A stretch of 59,384 nucleotides of DNA from Kiritimatiellia bacterium (lineage in GTDB: Bacteria > Verrucomicrobiota > Kiritimatiellia > UBA8416 > JABMPJ01): assembly GCA_029939545.1 (NCBI GenBank), contig JAOZSS010000002.1, positions 1 through 59,384 of the forward strand, read 5' to 3'. Numbering within the stretch: position 1 is the first letter of the stretch; each line of letters starts with the position of its first letter. The notes beneath the pieces are model-generated. The model did not search any database and was not told where the DNA came from. It saw only the letters and a list, made by a program, of their open reading frames with translations. Shown here in pieces: positions 36,584 to 45,116 of this stretch. The position numbers and the translations under genes are program-made.

Positions 36584-36656
36584 CCGGAAGCCGGAGATCG
36601 GAGATCGGATGTCGGAAGGAAACGTCGGTTATCGATTGGGTATCGGTGATCGGAAC
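36584..36656 (+). repeat. degenerate array of about 10 heptads with a YCGG(A/T) core (CCGGAAG CCGGAGA TCGGAGA TCGGATG TCGGAAG ... TCGGTTA ... TCGGTGA TCGGAAC)
   Basis: Read directly. Fills the pilC-pilin intergenic leader on the sense strand. Confidence 0.85.
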
Positions 36657-36683
36657 AAACTAAACCCAAAAGGGAGACACACA

Positions 36684-37121
36684 ATGAAACGTAAACGCGA
36701 AGGTTTCACACTCGTGGAACTGATGGTAGTGGCGGTCATCGTCGCTATTCTTGCAGCGGTAGCCATTCCGCTGATGAGTGCTAACAAGGTTCGCGCCATG
36801 GCAACGGAAGCCGAGGCGGGATGCGGAACAATCCGCACGGCTCTGCGCGCTATGTATGCGGAAACGGGGGCTTATGATACGGATCTGAACGGTGGATCAA
36901 TCAGTGCGGGTGACTTGGCTTCGTCGCTGCCGGGCATCGGTCCAGCCGATCTTGATGGCCGCTACTTCGACGATCCGTGTTACACATTGACGGCGGTTAG
37001 CGCCAGTGGTTATACGATTCGCTGTTTGGGTTCAGCCTCTGGTGCGCCGGAAGCGAGCAAAGTTAGCGGTGTAACCGTGACGCTGGACGATGCCGGCGCG
37101 TTGGTGAAGACTCTGCCGTAG
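36684..37121 (+). CDS. major type IV pilin / pseudopilin with prepilin N-terminal cleavage-methylation motif
   Basis: MKRKREG|FTLVELMVVAVIVAILAAVAIPL. AAAGGGAGA Shine-Dalgarno upstream. 145 aa. The longer ORF from 36501 overlaps pilC and was rejected. Confidence 0.85.
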   Translation: MKRKREGFTLVELMVVAVIVAILAAVAIPLMSANKVRAMATEAEAGCGTIRTALRAMYAETGAYDTDLNGGSISAGDLASSLPGIGPADLDGRYFDDPCYTLTAVSASGYTIRCLGSASGAPEASKVSGVTVTLDDAGALVKTLP

Positions 37122-37183
37122 CGAGATCCCTGTATAGGGGGGGACGTCACCCCCCGTTCTGAACGTGAGTGTATGGGTGATAC

Positions 37184-38113
37184 ATGGCACTAACGAAAGA
37201 GACAGTCATAGGACTCGATATCGGGGCTGACCAGGTTTCGATGGCGCAGGTCGAGGTGCGTGGCGTGAAGAACGTGCATCTCCGCAATGCGGGCTGGGCG
37301 CCGTTGTCGCCCGGCCTGGATGCTGGGAGCATAGCCTCGGTGGTGCGAGACTTGTGGAAAGAGTGTCGCCTGTCCTCTTTCACGGTCGCTTCCTGTCTGC
37401 GGACTCCTGCGCTGGTGGTGCGGCATTTCCGGTTTCCGTCGTTGAACGATGAGGAGTTGACGGCTGCTCTCGGGCTGGAGGCCGAGGAGGTGTTACAGCT
37501 CGATTCCAGCCAGATCGCCATGGATTGGCACGAAAACCTTGTCGACGCCGGGCCCGATGACGCACGTGGCCGGGAGGGGGTCCTGGTTGCGGTTCCCCTG
37601 GACGAGTTGACGCGCCACCAGGAGATACTGGAGGCGGCCGGGCTGCTGCCCGTGATTGTGGATATCGGCTGTACGGCGCTTGGTAACGCCTATGTGGGGC
37701 TGCGCGGAGAGGAACACAAGGCGCATGCCGTCTGTCTGGTGAATCTGAATGGTAGAACGGCTGACGTGGCCATCCTGTTTGACGGCAACGCGATGTATCC
37801 GCGTTGTCTGGCCAATGTAGGCGCAGGCGAGGGCCGCGATCGGTACCTGGCCGATAGTTTGAACGACATGCTTAAGTACTATCAGTTCAAGCTACGGCGT
37901 GAGCCGGTGACGGATATTGTGCTCACGGGGCAGACCCCTGAAAAGGGTGCGTTGTGTGAGGTTGTACAGAAGCGTACCGGGCTGCCGGTCTCCATGTGGG
38001 CGCCATGTGAGGACATTCATATTCGCCACGGGCGTGTTCGGCAGGCGTTGGAACGTCACCCCGAGCAGGGGCTGACGCTGGCCACGGCTATCGGTGTGGC
38101 GATGAGAAGATAG
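37184..38113 (+). CDS. pilM: PilM-like actin-fold pilus assembly protein
   Basis: VIGLDIGADQVSMAQVE start, a second ATPase-fold half (PVIVDIGCTALGNAY) and its position before pilN-like. Confidence 0.75.
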   Translation: MALTKETVIGLDIGADQVSMAQVEVRGVKNVHLRNAGWAPLSPGLDAGSIASVVRDLWKECRLSSFTVASCLRTPALVVRHFRFPSLNDEELTAALGLEAEEVLQLDSSQIAMDWHENLVDAGPDDARGREGVLVAVPLDELTRHQEILEAAGLLPVIVDIGCTALGNAYVGLRGEEHKAHAVCLVNLNGRTADVAILFDGNAMYPRCLANVGAGEGRDRYLADSLNDMLKYYQFKLRREPVTDIVLTGQTPEKGALCEVVQKRTGLPVSMWAPCEDIHIRHGRVRQALERHPEQGLTLATAIGVAMRR

Positions 38114-38127
38114 GGGTTTAGGTCGGG

Positions 38128-38172
38128 GACCCCAAAGGGGTCCAACATCATAGCCAGGGGTGAAACCCCTGG
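38128..38172 (+). repeat. third copy of the 45-nt bipartite-hairpin element
   Basis: GACCCCAAAGGGGTC-CAACATCATAG-CCAGGGG-TGAAA-CCCCTGG. Lies in the pilM-pilN spacer. Confidence 0.85.
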
Positions 38173-38241
38173 GAACTGAATAATGATAGAGGCTGATAGC
38201 CGACAGCCTAATCAGTCCGAGCGAAGCGATCTGGAGCGACG

Positions 38242-38835
38242 ATGGTGATGTTTGAGATCAACCTGATGAAAGACCGGGCCTTTTCCGCACCCGTGCGGAA
38301 AGTGCTGTTCTGGGGGGTGTCGCTCTATCTGGTGATCTGTATTGCGGCCCTGGCCGGCATAGCCAACTGGGGTACCCATCGGTTGATCGCCGCCGCACGG
38401 CTTCGTGAAAGCCTGGCGGAACAGGAAGAGCAGTTCCACAAGACCCACCACCGCTCACAGGATATTCTGGAGTACGCCCGGCGAGCCAGAACCCGACTTG
38501 AAATAGATGCCGAAAGCCTGGAAACCATTGATGGACTTATCCGTAACAGAGTGAGTCTGGTCAGCATCATATCGGCGTTGACCGCCCCGCTGCCGGTCGG
38601 GGTCGATCTGCTGAACTTGACGCTGAACGGCAAAGAAGGATCTATAAATTTCAGTGTGGTGATTCCGGAAGGACGCTCCGATGATCGCATCAGCGGTGGG
38701 CGGCTCACCTCGATTTGGAATGCCGATGAGACACTTCAGCTCCGGCTGGAACGTATCCGGGCGGTCTCGACCAAGCGTGATCGGCTGCAAGGCAAGACCG
38801 TGGTGGTGATGCAGTTTTCGGCGGGACTTAGGTAG
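38242..38835 (+). CDS. pilN: PilN-like bitopic pilus alignment protein
   Basis: FEINLMKDR start, a single TM helix (VLFWGVSLYLVICIAALAGI), then a coiled coil and ferredoxin-like C-terminus. Confidence 0.65.
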   Translation: MVMFEINLMKDRAFSAPVRKVLFWGVSLYLVICIAALAGIANWGTHRLIAAARLRESLAEQEEQFHKTHHRSQDILEYARRARTRLEIDAESLETIDGLIRNRVSLVSIISALTAPLPVGVDLLNLTLNGKEGSINFSVVIPEGRSDDRISGGRLTSIWNADETLQLRLERIRAVSTKRDRLQGKTVVVMQFSAGLR

Positions 38836-38837
38836 AA

Positions 38838-38966
38838 CGGGGGAGAGGAACCGCGGAAGGCACGGAAAGTACGGATATAGGGAGAGAAAGGGAGAATCTC
38901 GTGCAGAGACGCAGAGGCGCAAAGAAGAGGGGATCGTCGTCTGTTGGGGAGAGGAACCACGGGAAG
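38838..38966 (+). repeat. composite GGA-rich intergenic repeat block
   Basis: Read directly. Contains ACGGGGGAGAGGAACCGCGGAA; 9-nt-period CGGAAGGCA CGGAAAGTA CGGATATAG; GGGAGAGAAAGGGAGAATCTCGTGCAGAGACGCAGAGGCGCAAAG; and GGGGAGAGGAACCACGGGAAG. The words recur at 40032-40050 and 35193-35228. Confidence 0.8.
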
Positions 38967-39004
38967 ACGGGTTGCTGGTAGGTAGAGTATAGAGAGCAGT
39001 TCTT

Positions 39005-39553
39005 ATGGATTTGGGTGTATTCAGACGAAAGAAGGCGACGTTCTGGGCATGGCTTGTCCTGCCGGCGTTGTGCGTGGCGGTGGCCTTCCAGGCCTTCCAT
39101 GTCACCTGTCTGTTTGTTGAGGATCGACTACAGCGGCGGCAGGCCGTACTCGGGATACTTTCCGACGTCGAGCAGCGTATGGATGTTGCCAAAGATGTGG
39201 TCCTGGGATTTGCCGCGATGGGCGGCGGTCGCGCGGCGGCGGGAAACGTCAACTCGCGTATTACGGAGTTGGCTCGTCGCCATCATTTTGTGGTCAACTC
39301 GCTACAGGTTAAGGATTCGACCGAGAACAGTGAGGAGGGCGCGCGGGCGCTTGAGATCGACCTTAAGGGCGAAGGGGATATTCTGTCGCTGATGCAGTTC
39401 ATGAACGAATTGCAGAGTCCCCAGCATCTGACCATCGTTGACGGGGCCACCATTCGACTCAAGCGCCAGACATCCGGAGTGTCGGCCGTCTACAATTCCG
39501 AGCTGTCGGTCCGCTGTTTCCACGATGCGCTCCAAGGGGGGGGCGATGACTGA
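39005..39553 (+). CDS. PilO/GspM-like bitopic pilus assembly protein
   Basis: N-terminal TM helix (FWAWLVLPALCVAVAF), a coiled coil and a C-terminal alpha/beta domain (ALEIDLKGEGDILSLMQFMNELQ). Call rests on position and architecture only. Confidence 0.5.
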   Translation: MDLGVFRRKKATFWAWLVLPALCVAVAFQAFHVTCLFVEDRLQRRQAVLGILSDVEQRMDVAKDVVLGFAAMGGGRAAAGNVNSRITELARRHHFVVNSLQVKDSTENSEEGARALEIDLKGEGDILSLMQFMNELQSPQHLTIVDGATIRLKRQTSGVSAVYNSELSVRCFHDALQGGGDD

Positions 39554-40025
39554 ACTCTCTCTTAAGCAACAGGCCGTGCCGCTGACGTTGCTGGTCGCCT
39601 TGTTGGTGGCCGCCGTCGTCGGTGCCGTGGCCCACCAACGCCTCAAGCAGGAGCGCCGCGCCTTCTCGATCGATCATTATGAACGACTGATGCATCGCAT
39701 CGATGTCGTGATCAGCTCTATAAGCGACACCATGGTTCAGGAGGGCATGGCGGCTGATTTTGAGGAACTGCTCAAGCGGTCGAAAGCCGAACTCACCGCG
39801 GATACCCCCGCTCCCATCGATATGTCCGGGGAACGTCTGCCCTTGGAGTTGACGGGCATTGTCTGGAATCCTCACATCCCCCTCGCTTTTCTGAACGGGA
39901 TGACCGTTGAAAAAGGCGATCGGGTGGGGGATGCCGAGATCATTCATATAGGGAAGGAGTCGGTCAGCGTGCGGTATCCTGATAAGACCGAACAGACCCT
40001 GACCCTGACACCGAATGATGAGTAG
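39546..40025 (+). CDS. PilP/GspC-like protein
   Basis: ATGA-type overlap with the preceding gene and one TM helix. C-terminal beta domain LELTGIVWNPHIPLAFLNGMTVEKGDRVGDAEIIHIGKESVSVRY is typical of PilP/GspC HR domains. Confidence 0.55.
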   Translation: MTELSLKQQAVPLTLLVALLVAAVVGAVAHQRLKQERRAFSIDHYERLMHRIDVVISSISDTMVQEGMAADFEELLKRSKAELTADTPAPIDMSGERLPLELTGIVWNPHIPLAFLNGMTVEKGDRVGDAEIIHIGKESVSVRYPDKTEQTLTLTPNDE

Positions 40026-40045
40026 CCGTTCACGGGAGAGGAACC

Positions 40046-40072
40046 GCGAATGAACGCGAATGAACGCGAATG
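40046..40072 (+). repeat. tandem decamer GCGAATGAAC x2.7 overlapping the start codon of the first pseudopilin
   Basis: Read directly. The ATG at 40050 lies inside unit 1. Confidence 0.85.
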
Positions 40073-40469
40073 GAGTGGGCCCGCCCCCGCGCGTACAGGT
40101 GCCACGCTGATCGAGGTCATGCTGGCCAGCGTCATCCTGGCCATACTGGCCCTCGCCGGTGCGGCCTTCATCTACCGTAGCCGTGCCGACATCGCCCTCC
40201 AGAAAAACCGCCGCGTGGCGGTTGAACTGGCCAATGCCCGGCTGGAGGAAGTGATGTATGATTGGACCTATGCCGATACACTGAACATGGTGGGGTCGCC
40301 AACAAACCAGTGGTTGACCATTAACGGTCGTGGAAACTATCGGCGTCGAACCATTGTGAACCAAACCGGCGCGGGCCATGACAACTGCCTGCGCATCATC
40401 GTGCGAATGCGGTACAACCAGCGCGACAATTCCGACGAGGTCCGCTTCGAAACCCTGAGGGGGCGTTAG
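40050..40469 (+). CDS. minor pseudopilin (prepilin-type N-terminus)
   Basis: ARTG|ATLIEVMLASVILAILALAGAAF. GGGAGAGGAA Shine-Dalgarno upstream. Confidence 0.7.
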   Translation: MNANEREWSGPAPARTGATLIEVMLASVILAILALAGAAFIYRSRADIALQKNRRVAVELANARLEEVMYDWTYADTLNMVGSPTNQWLTINGRGNYRRRTIVNQTGAGHDNCLRIIVRMRYNQRDNSDEVRFETLRGR

Positions 40470-40471
40470 CC

Positions 40472-40969
40472 ATGTTCAGGTGCGTAAGATCTTGGACTAC
40501 AGCTTCGCGCAGTGGGGTGACGATCATTGAGCTTATGGTCGCCATGCTATCGGCAAGCGTGTTGGCCATCACGGCCGGTATTATCCTGGTGTACTGCTTC
40601 AGAACCCTGCGTGCGAACGGCGATGCGGTGGAGCTGCAACGGGATGTGGATATCACGACGCGGACCCTGTTCAGGGCTATTCGAACGGCTCGAGACAATG
40701 ACACAACGGTTTCCGGTGGTGGGACCACGCTGGAACTTGACGGAGGGGCCAGGACCTTCACGTTTCTTCCGAATGGGGGTGGTCTTGTCTATGATCCCAA
40801 CGTGGGTGTCAGTGGCGATGAGCAGATGCTTGCGAGCAACACATCCACGAACGCAAACGAATGCCGGTTTTGGGACAACGGCGATTCGATTAGAATATTG
40901 TTAACCGTTTATGCTCAAGATGATACAATTCAAGTCGATACCGACATACACATGCGTAACGAGATATAA
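40472..40969 (+). CDS. minor pseudopilin (prepilin-type N-terminus)
   Basis: SRSG|VTIIELMVAMLSASVLAITAGIIL. Confidence 0.7.
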   Translation: MFRCVRSWTTASRSGVTIIELMVAMLSASVLAITAGIILVYCFRTLRANGDAVELQRDVDITTRTLFRAIRTARDNDTTVSGGGTTLELDGGARTFTFLPNGGGLVYDPNVGVSGDEQMLASNTSTNANECRFWDNGDSIRILLTVYAQDDTIQVDTDIHMRNEI

Positions 40970-40972
40970 GCT

Positions 40973-42517
40973 ATGAAAACCAAGCACTATCACGATGACC
41001 CCCGACGGGGTGCCATTCTTGGCGTTGTCCTTGTCGTCGTGGGTCTGGTGAGCTTCATCGGCATGGGCCTGATGGAACTCGCCGCGCGCGATGGCGAAGA
41101 GGCATCGAAAGCCGTAAGCAATACACGCGCTTTCTGGCTGGCCGAGGCGGGTGTGCAGCGTATCGTTAAGCGGTTGTATGATGGAACGCCGGGCAATGTT
41201 GGCAACAGGACTCTGGGGTACGGCAAATACCGAGTCTGGCTCCATGACACGGCCGATCCTCCCTATGCGGTGGCGCGCGGTCGCGCCGGCTCGTCAGATC
41301 GCTACATCCGGGTAGATCTCGTCTATCTGGCCTCGCCCTATGAGGACACCGTGTATGGCGGCGGTGCGGGTGGAGGTGATTGGGTGCTGGATCTGAGGGG
41401 ATCGGGGGATCCTAACTCTTGGAACGACAGGGGCGGACGGGACATCATCAACGGCGATATTTATGCCAATGGCGATCTCTATATGGACGAGGACAGCGAG
41501 GTTAATCCGGCCCCCGCTCCCAACACCTACAATCTCAACGGAGATGTGGAGGTAACTGGTGGGATCACGGTCGATGGCAGCGCGTCAATATCGGGCGGGC
41601 AGACGACAGGTGTTGACCCCCGTGAGTCACCGGATCTGAATGCGATGGATTATGCCAACAACAACACGTATGACATCGCCCAGATATTCGACGATCTCGG
41701 CATATCATCTGGCTATCTACCTGCGGGACATCCTCTACGCGATGTCGTTATGAAGAATCCATCTGGCCGTACCTCCGAATGCGCATCGACTACGGGGGAC
41801 GACTTCTTTTTTGAACCTCGCGTTTGCAACAACAATGGTGCCGATTCCCATGAGGCACGAACTCCGCTTGATCTGGGAGATGGGAATCTCTATTACGTCG
41901 ATGGTGAGGTGTGGTTTCATAGTGATTACGTGTACGGATTCGAAGTGGATGGACAAGCCACGATAGTGGCCACGCACGATGTACACATCAGTGACAATCT
42001 AAAATACAAGGACAGCACTGATCTGCTCGGGTTGATTGCGCTTGGTGAGTACGATGCGGGGGGGGATCTGGATTCAGGCGGGAACTTCTACTTTGGTGAC
42101 CCGGAGTTCGGGACGCTCTTCACGGTTGATGCCTTCATGTTTGCGGGCAATGACTTCCTGTATAACACCCGTTCGACCGGCCCCGGACAGGAGGAGCCGG
42201 AAAGCGGATTTGAGGTGTATGGGAACTTTGCGGCAATCAATCGGGTGAGTGTCAATCGCGACTGGTACAGACCCTCGGGTGGCGGTAGTCGTCGTGCCGC
42301 GTGGTATGATCACAGCACTGACGAGTGGAAAGATGTTGTCACTGACGATCCCCTGACGCCGGGGGAGATCAGCGGCATGCGCCACTACCGCATGAAGGTG
42401 TCATACGACGAGCGGATACGAGATCCGACAACGCAACCCCCGGGACTTCCGGAAGGCGGCGGGAGCATCTTTGGCGGCATGGTGGGCTGGGCGGAAGTCA
42501 ATACAAGTAGCGGGTAG
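40973..42517 (+). CDS. large PilX/GspK-like minor pilin-associated protein
   Basis: RRGAILGVVLVVVGLVSFIGMGLMELAARDGEEASKAVSNTRAFWLAEAGVQ matches the PilX N-terminal domain pattern. The remaining ~430 aa are Gly/Asp-rich beta sequence. Confidence 0.55.
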   Translation: MKTKHYHDDPRRGAILGVVLVVVGLVSFIGMGLMELAARDGEEASKAVSNTRAFWLAEAGVQRIVKRLYDGTPGNVGNRTLGYGKYRVWLHDTADPPYAVARGRAGSSDRYIRVDLVYLASPYEDTVYGGGAGGGDWVLDLRGSGDPNSWNDRGGRDIINGDIYANGDLYMDEDSEVNPAPAPNTYNLNGDVEVTGGITVDGSASISGGQTTGVDPRESPDLNAMDYANNNTYDIAQIFDDLGISSGYLPAGHPLRDVVMKNPSGRTSECASTTGDDFFFEPRVCNNNGADSHEARTPLDLGDGNLYYVDGEVWFHSDYVYGFEVDGQATIVATHDVHISDNLKYKDSTDLLGLIALGEYDAGGDLDSGGNFYFGDPEFGTLFTVDAFMFAGNDFLYNTRSTGPGQEEPESGFEVYGNFAAINRVSVNRDWYRPSGGGSRRAAWYDHSTDEWKDVVTDDPLTPGEISGMRHYRMKVSYDERIRDPTTQPPGLPEGGGSIFGGMVGWAEVNTSSG

Positions 42518-42570
42518 ACATTTCTGCGGGATAGGGTAGTATTCGATAAGAATGTGATAGGAGGCTTGGT

Positions 42571-43173
42571 ATGAAGCGGTTGGGCATTGTCGGTTTAATT
42601 GGGATTGTTGTGGTTGCGGTCGTGATGGGCATATGCGGTGTGGGATGCGATACGGTGACCGATTCATCAGGCGCCATCAGCTTCACAACACCGCTAATGA
42701 CGGTGACGGGACGGTATGCCGTCGTGATTACCGTATCTGACACAAACAATAATCTCTACCTTCCCCTCATCTGGTCTGTCTCCGACTCGTCGCTGGGTGA
42801 CTTCACCGAGCAGGGAGGCTTGACCGCGCTCTACATGGGCGGGACCGAGGTCGGCATCAATACGATCACGGCGAGAGATCAGGGCAATGCCGAAGGAATC
42901 ATGGTGGTCAACCACGTTCCGGCTGACGGCATCAGTCTCAGCCCTCTAACCAACACCCTTGATGGTGCTGGCGCGCAAATGCAGTTTACCGTAGTCCCCG
43001 ATGGGCTTGCACTGCCCTTGGTATGGACGAGTGGCAACGAGGCGTTCGGTGTCTTTGTGGGCGGGGGCCAGTACGATGCCGTATATGCCGCTGTTGGTCC
43101 TGTCGGGGACAACTTCATCAGCGTCAGAGACCAGATGGGAGCCTCTGCTACCGCCATCGTCTATCACCGTTAG
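42571..43173 (+). CDS. lipoprotein with two Ig-like (Big_2-like) repeats, hypothetical
   Basis: AGGAGG Shine-Dalgarno and a lipobox-like VVMGIC|G. Internal repeat (LIWSVSDSSLGDF / LVWTSGNEAFGVF). Confidence 0.5.
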   Translation: MKRLGIVGLIGIVVVAVVMGICGVGCDTVTDSSGAISFTTPLMTVTGRYAVVITVSDTNNNLYLPLIWSVSDSSLGDFTEQGGLTALYMGGTEVGINTITARDQGNAEGIMVVNHVPADGISLSPLTNTLDGAGAQMQFTVVPDGLALPLVWTSGNEAFGVFVGGGQYDAVYAAVGPVGDNFISVRDQMGASATAIVYHR

Positions 43174-43185
43174 CTGTCCCTCTAT

Positions 43186-45051
43186 ATGCAGAAACATCCC
43201 GCGGTAATCCTGGTACTGGTGTTGGCCGCGCTGCTGCTGGGCATCTACTGGCACACGCTGTTCGGGCATTCCGTCCACACCCGGTTTGCGCTGCTCGACG
43301 ATTCCTCGTCCCTCAAAGAGAATCCGCATCTTGCCGAGGCGTGGGATGTCGACGGCCTTGGCGCATTGGTGGCGCGGCCCTACTTCTTCGACTGGACCCC
43401 GCTCTACTGGGCGGTCATCTGGGTGCAGCGCGGGCTCTTTGGAAATTCCGCAGTGGCCTATCGTGCGGTCAGCCTGGTGGCGTTCTTGAGCGCCATGTTC
43501 ATGCTCTTCGGCCTGATGCGACGCTGGAGCGGGTCACCCCCGCTTGCGGCACTCCTTGTCCTACTTCTTGCCGCGCACCCGCTCGTGGTGGAGTCCCTGG
43601 CTTGGCCCACCACCCAGAAGACGGTGCTGAGCCTGTTACTCGCGGTGGCGAGTCTCTCCCTGTACGACCGGATGCTTCGTTCCGGGAATCGTGCCGCACG
43701 GTTATGCCTCTGGTGCGCTGTGGCAGGCTTGGTCGTAGTCTCGTTCGGCATCAAGTTGCGTGGTCTGACGCTTCCGTTTTGCCTTGCCGCATATGACCTG
43801 GCATGGTCGATGGGGGCGAAGTCGAAAGGTTTCCGTGAAAGGGCGACGGGAATGCTGTGTCGCAGCGGCTTGCTCATGACAGCCGCCCTCCTGTGGGCGC
43901 TCTATAACCAGGTTGCCGTGTTCGGTGGATCGGAAAGCGGGCTCACGTTCGACACCTACCTTGGCGGGAGTTTCTTCAATTCCATCGCAACTCATGCGGT
44001 CATTGAGTGGCGATCCCTTCTCCAATGGTTCTGGCCTGGGCGGATCTACTTCTTCTATGCCTATGAGATCTACGGTCTGTCGGACTGGGAGCCCTGGGCG
44101 GCCGGGATGGGCGTGCTTGGTGTAGTCGGGCTCCTGGTTGGCGCCACTCCGCGCGAGCATCGCAACATGGCACTGTTTGGTGCCTGTTGGTACCTGCTGC
44201 AACGGGCGCTGACGGCAGGTGTTTTTCCGCACCAGTGGGGCGAGATGTGTAACCGGTATGCTCTGGTGGCGTCGGTTGGGCTGGTGCCGCTGCTTGGCCT
44301 GCCTCTGCTGCGCGTCTACAGGAGTATCGCGCGGCCCGACTGGCGACGATGCCTGCTTGCGGCTGCCGGGGGTGTCTTGATCGTCTTTGCGATGCAAAGC
44401 TGGATTCTCAGCACACGCTACATGACCTACTCGGGTCTCGCGAAGTTGAGCCATCCCGACAGCACACGTGTGCGTTTCCGGCGGCTGATGCAGTCGCGCG
44501 GCAACAGCGTGGACGTCGATTGGGCCAGGCTTCGCGATGACTTGGCTGCGCCGACAGCCATCGGATGGATCCAGCTTGCGCGTGCGGCGGCCCACTGGGG
44601 GCAAGACCGGTACGCGCGTGGCTTCGATCCGCCGGATGATGAGGTGCTCCAATACGCAGGCCGTGTTCCGTTGCCTGTCTACCGGCACCTCGTTCTTGCC
44701 TCGTACTATGCCGCGACGGACAGACCCGACCTCTTCCGCACGCTGCTCACTGAAGCTCTTGACATCGCAGCGCCACGCCTTAAGAGGTGGATGGTCGCCG
44801 TGGAATCTGACCTGCGTGCTGGACGTGAACGAGACTGGTACCAGGCGTACCTGCGTGTTGAGGATGGCGTGGCACGGCGCGGTGAGCTGGAGGAATGGTC
44901 AAAGGTGCTGCCCCATGCCTTGGAGCTTCTTGTCGAGGTCGAGACGCGAAGACAGGTCGTCGTGCTCGGCTGTGGGATCAATCCGGAAGCCCCGTTCTGG
45001 CGACGCCAGTGGGCGGCGTTGGATGACTCCGGGGGGAGCGACAGACCATAG
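43186..45051 (+). CDS. polytopic GT-C-fold glycosyltransferase-like membrane protein (PMT/TMTC-like) with soluble helical C-terminal domain
   Basis: About 10 TM helices. The first loop has FALLDDSSSLKENPHL, resembling the DD/DE acceptor-loop motif of GT39/TMTC-type enzymes. C-terminal ~170 aa are helical. Confidence 0.5.
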   Translation: MQKHPAVILVLVLAALLLGIYWHTLFGHSVHTRFALLDDSSSLKENPHLAEAWDVDGLGALVARPYFFDWTPLYWAVIWVQRGLFGNSAVAYRAVSLVAFLSAMFMLFGLMRRWSGSPPLAALLVLLLAAHPLVVESLAWPTTQKTVLSLLLAVASLSLYDRMLRSGNRAARLCLWCAVAGLVVVSFGIKLRGLTLPFCLAAYDLAWSMGAKSKGFRERATGMLCRSGLLMTAALLWALYNQVAVFGGSESGLTFDTYLGGSFFNSIATHAVIEWRSLLQWFWPGRIYFFYAYEIYGLSDWEPWAAGMGVLGVVGLLVGATPREHRNMALFGACWYLLQRALTAGVFPHQWGEMCNRYALVASVGLVPLLGLPLLRVYRSIARPDWRRCLLAAAGGVLIVFAMQSWILSTRYMTYSGLAKLSHPDSTRVRFRRLMQSRGNSVDVDWARLRDDLAAPTAIGWIQLARAAAHWGQDRYARGFDPPDDEVLQYAGRVPLPVYRHLVLASYYAATDRPDLFRTLLTEALDIAAPRLKRWMVAVESDLRAGRERDWYQAYLRVEDGVARRGELEEWSKVLPHALELLVEVETRRQVVVLGCGINPEAPFWRRQWAALDDSGGSDRP

Positions 45052-45116
45052 CGGTGGTCGGTATTTGTTTGGACCAGCCATGAAGCGTAGGCTCGGTCAC
45101 GATAAGGGGAGAAGAC

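Noticed and set aside
36584-36656. Could the short tandem repeats (here and at 9672, 17456, 19095, 33442, 40046) be CRISPR arrays?
   Set aside because: The units are 7-14 nt and directly abutting with no spacers. The arrays are under 80 nt and no cas genes are present.
36501-36683. Long form of the pilin ORF starting at 36501
   Set aside because: It overlaps the pilC 3' end and then translates the heptad array. The prepilin leader MKRKREG|FTLVE with its own Shine-Dalgarno starts at 36684.
38901-38981. 26-codon ORF (VQRRRGAKKRGSSSVGERNHGKTGCW) in the pilN|pilO spacer behind a GGGAGA Shine-Dalgarno-like word
   Set aside because: It is composed entirely of the intergenic repeat words and has a GTG start and no supporting conservation. 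It is treated as non-coding unless Ribo-seq says otherwise.
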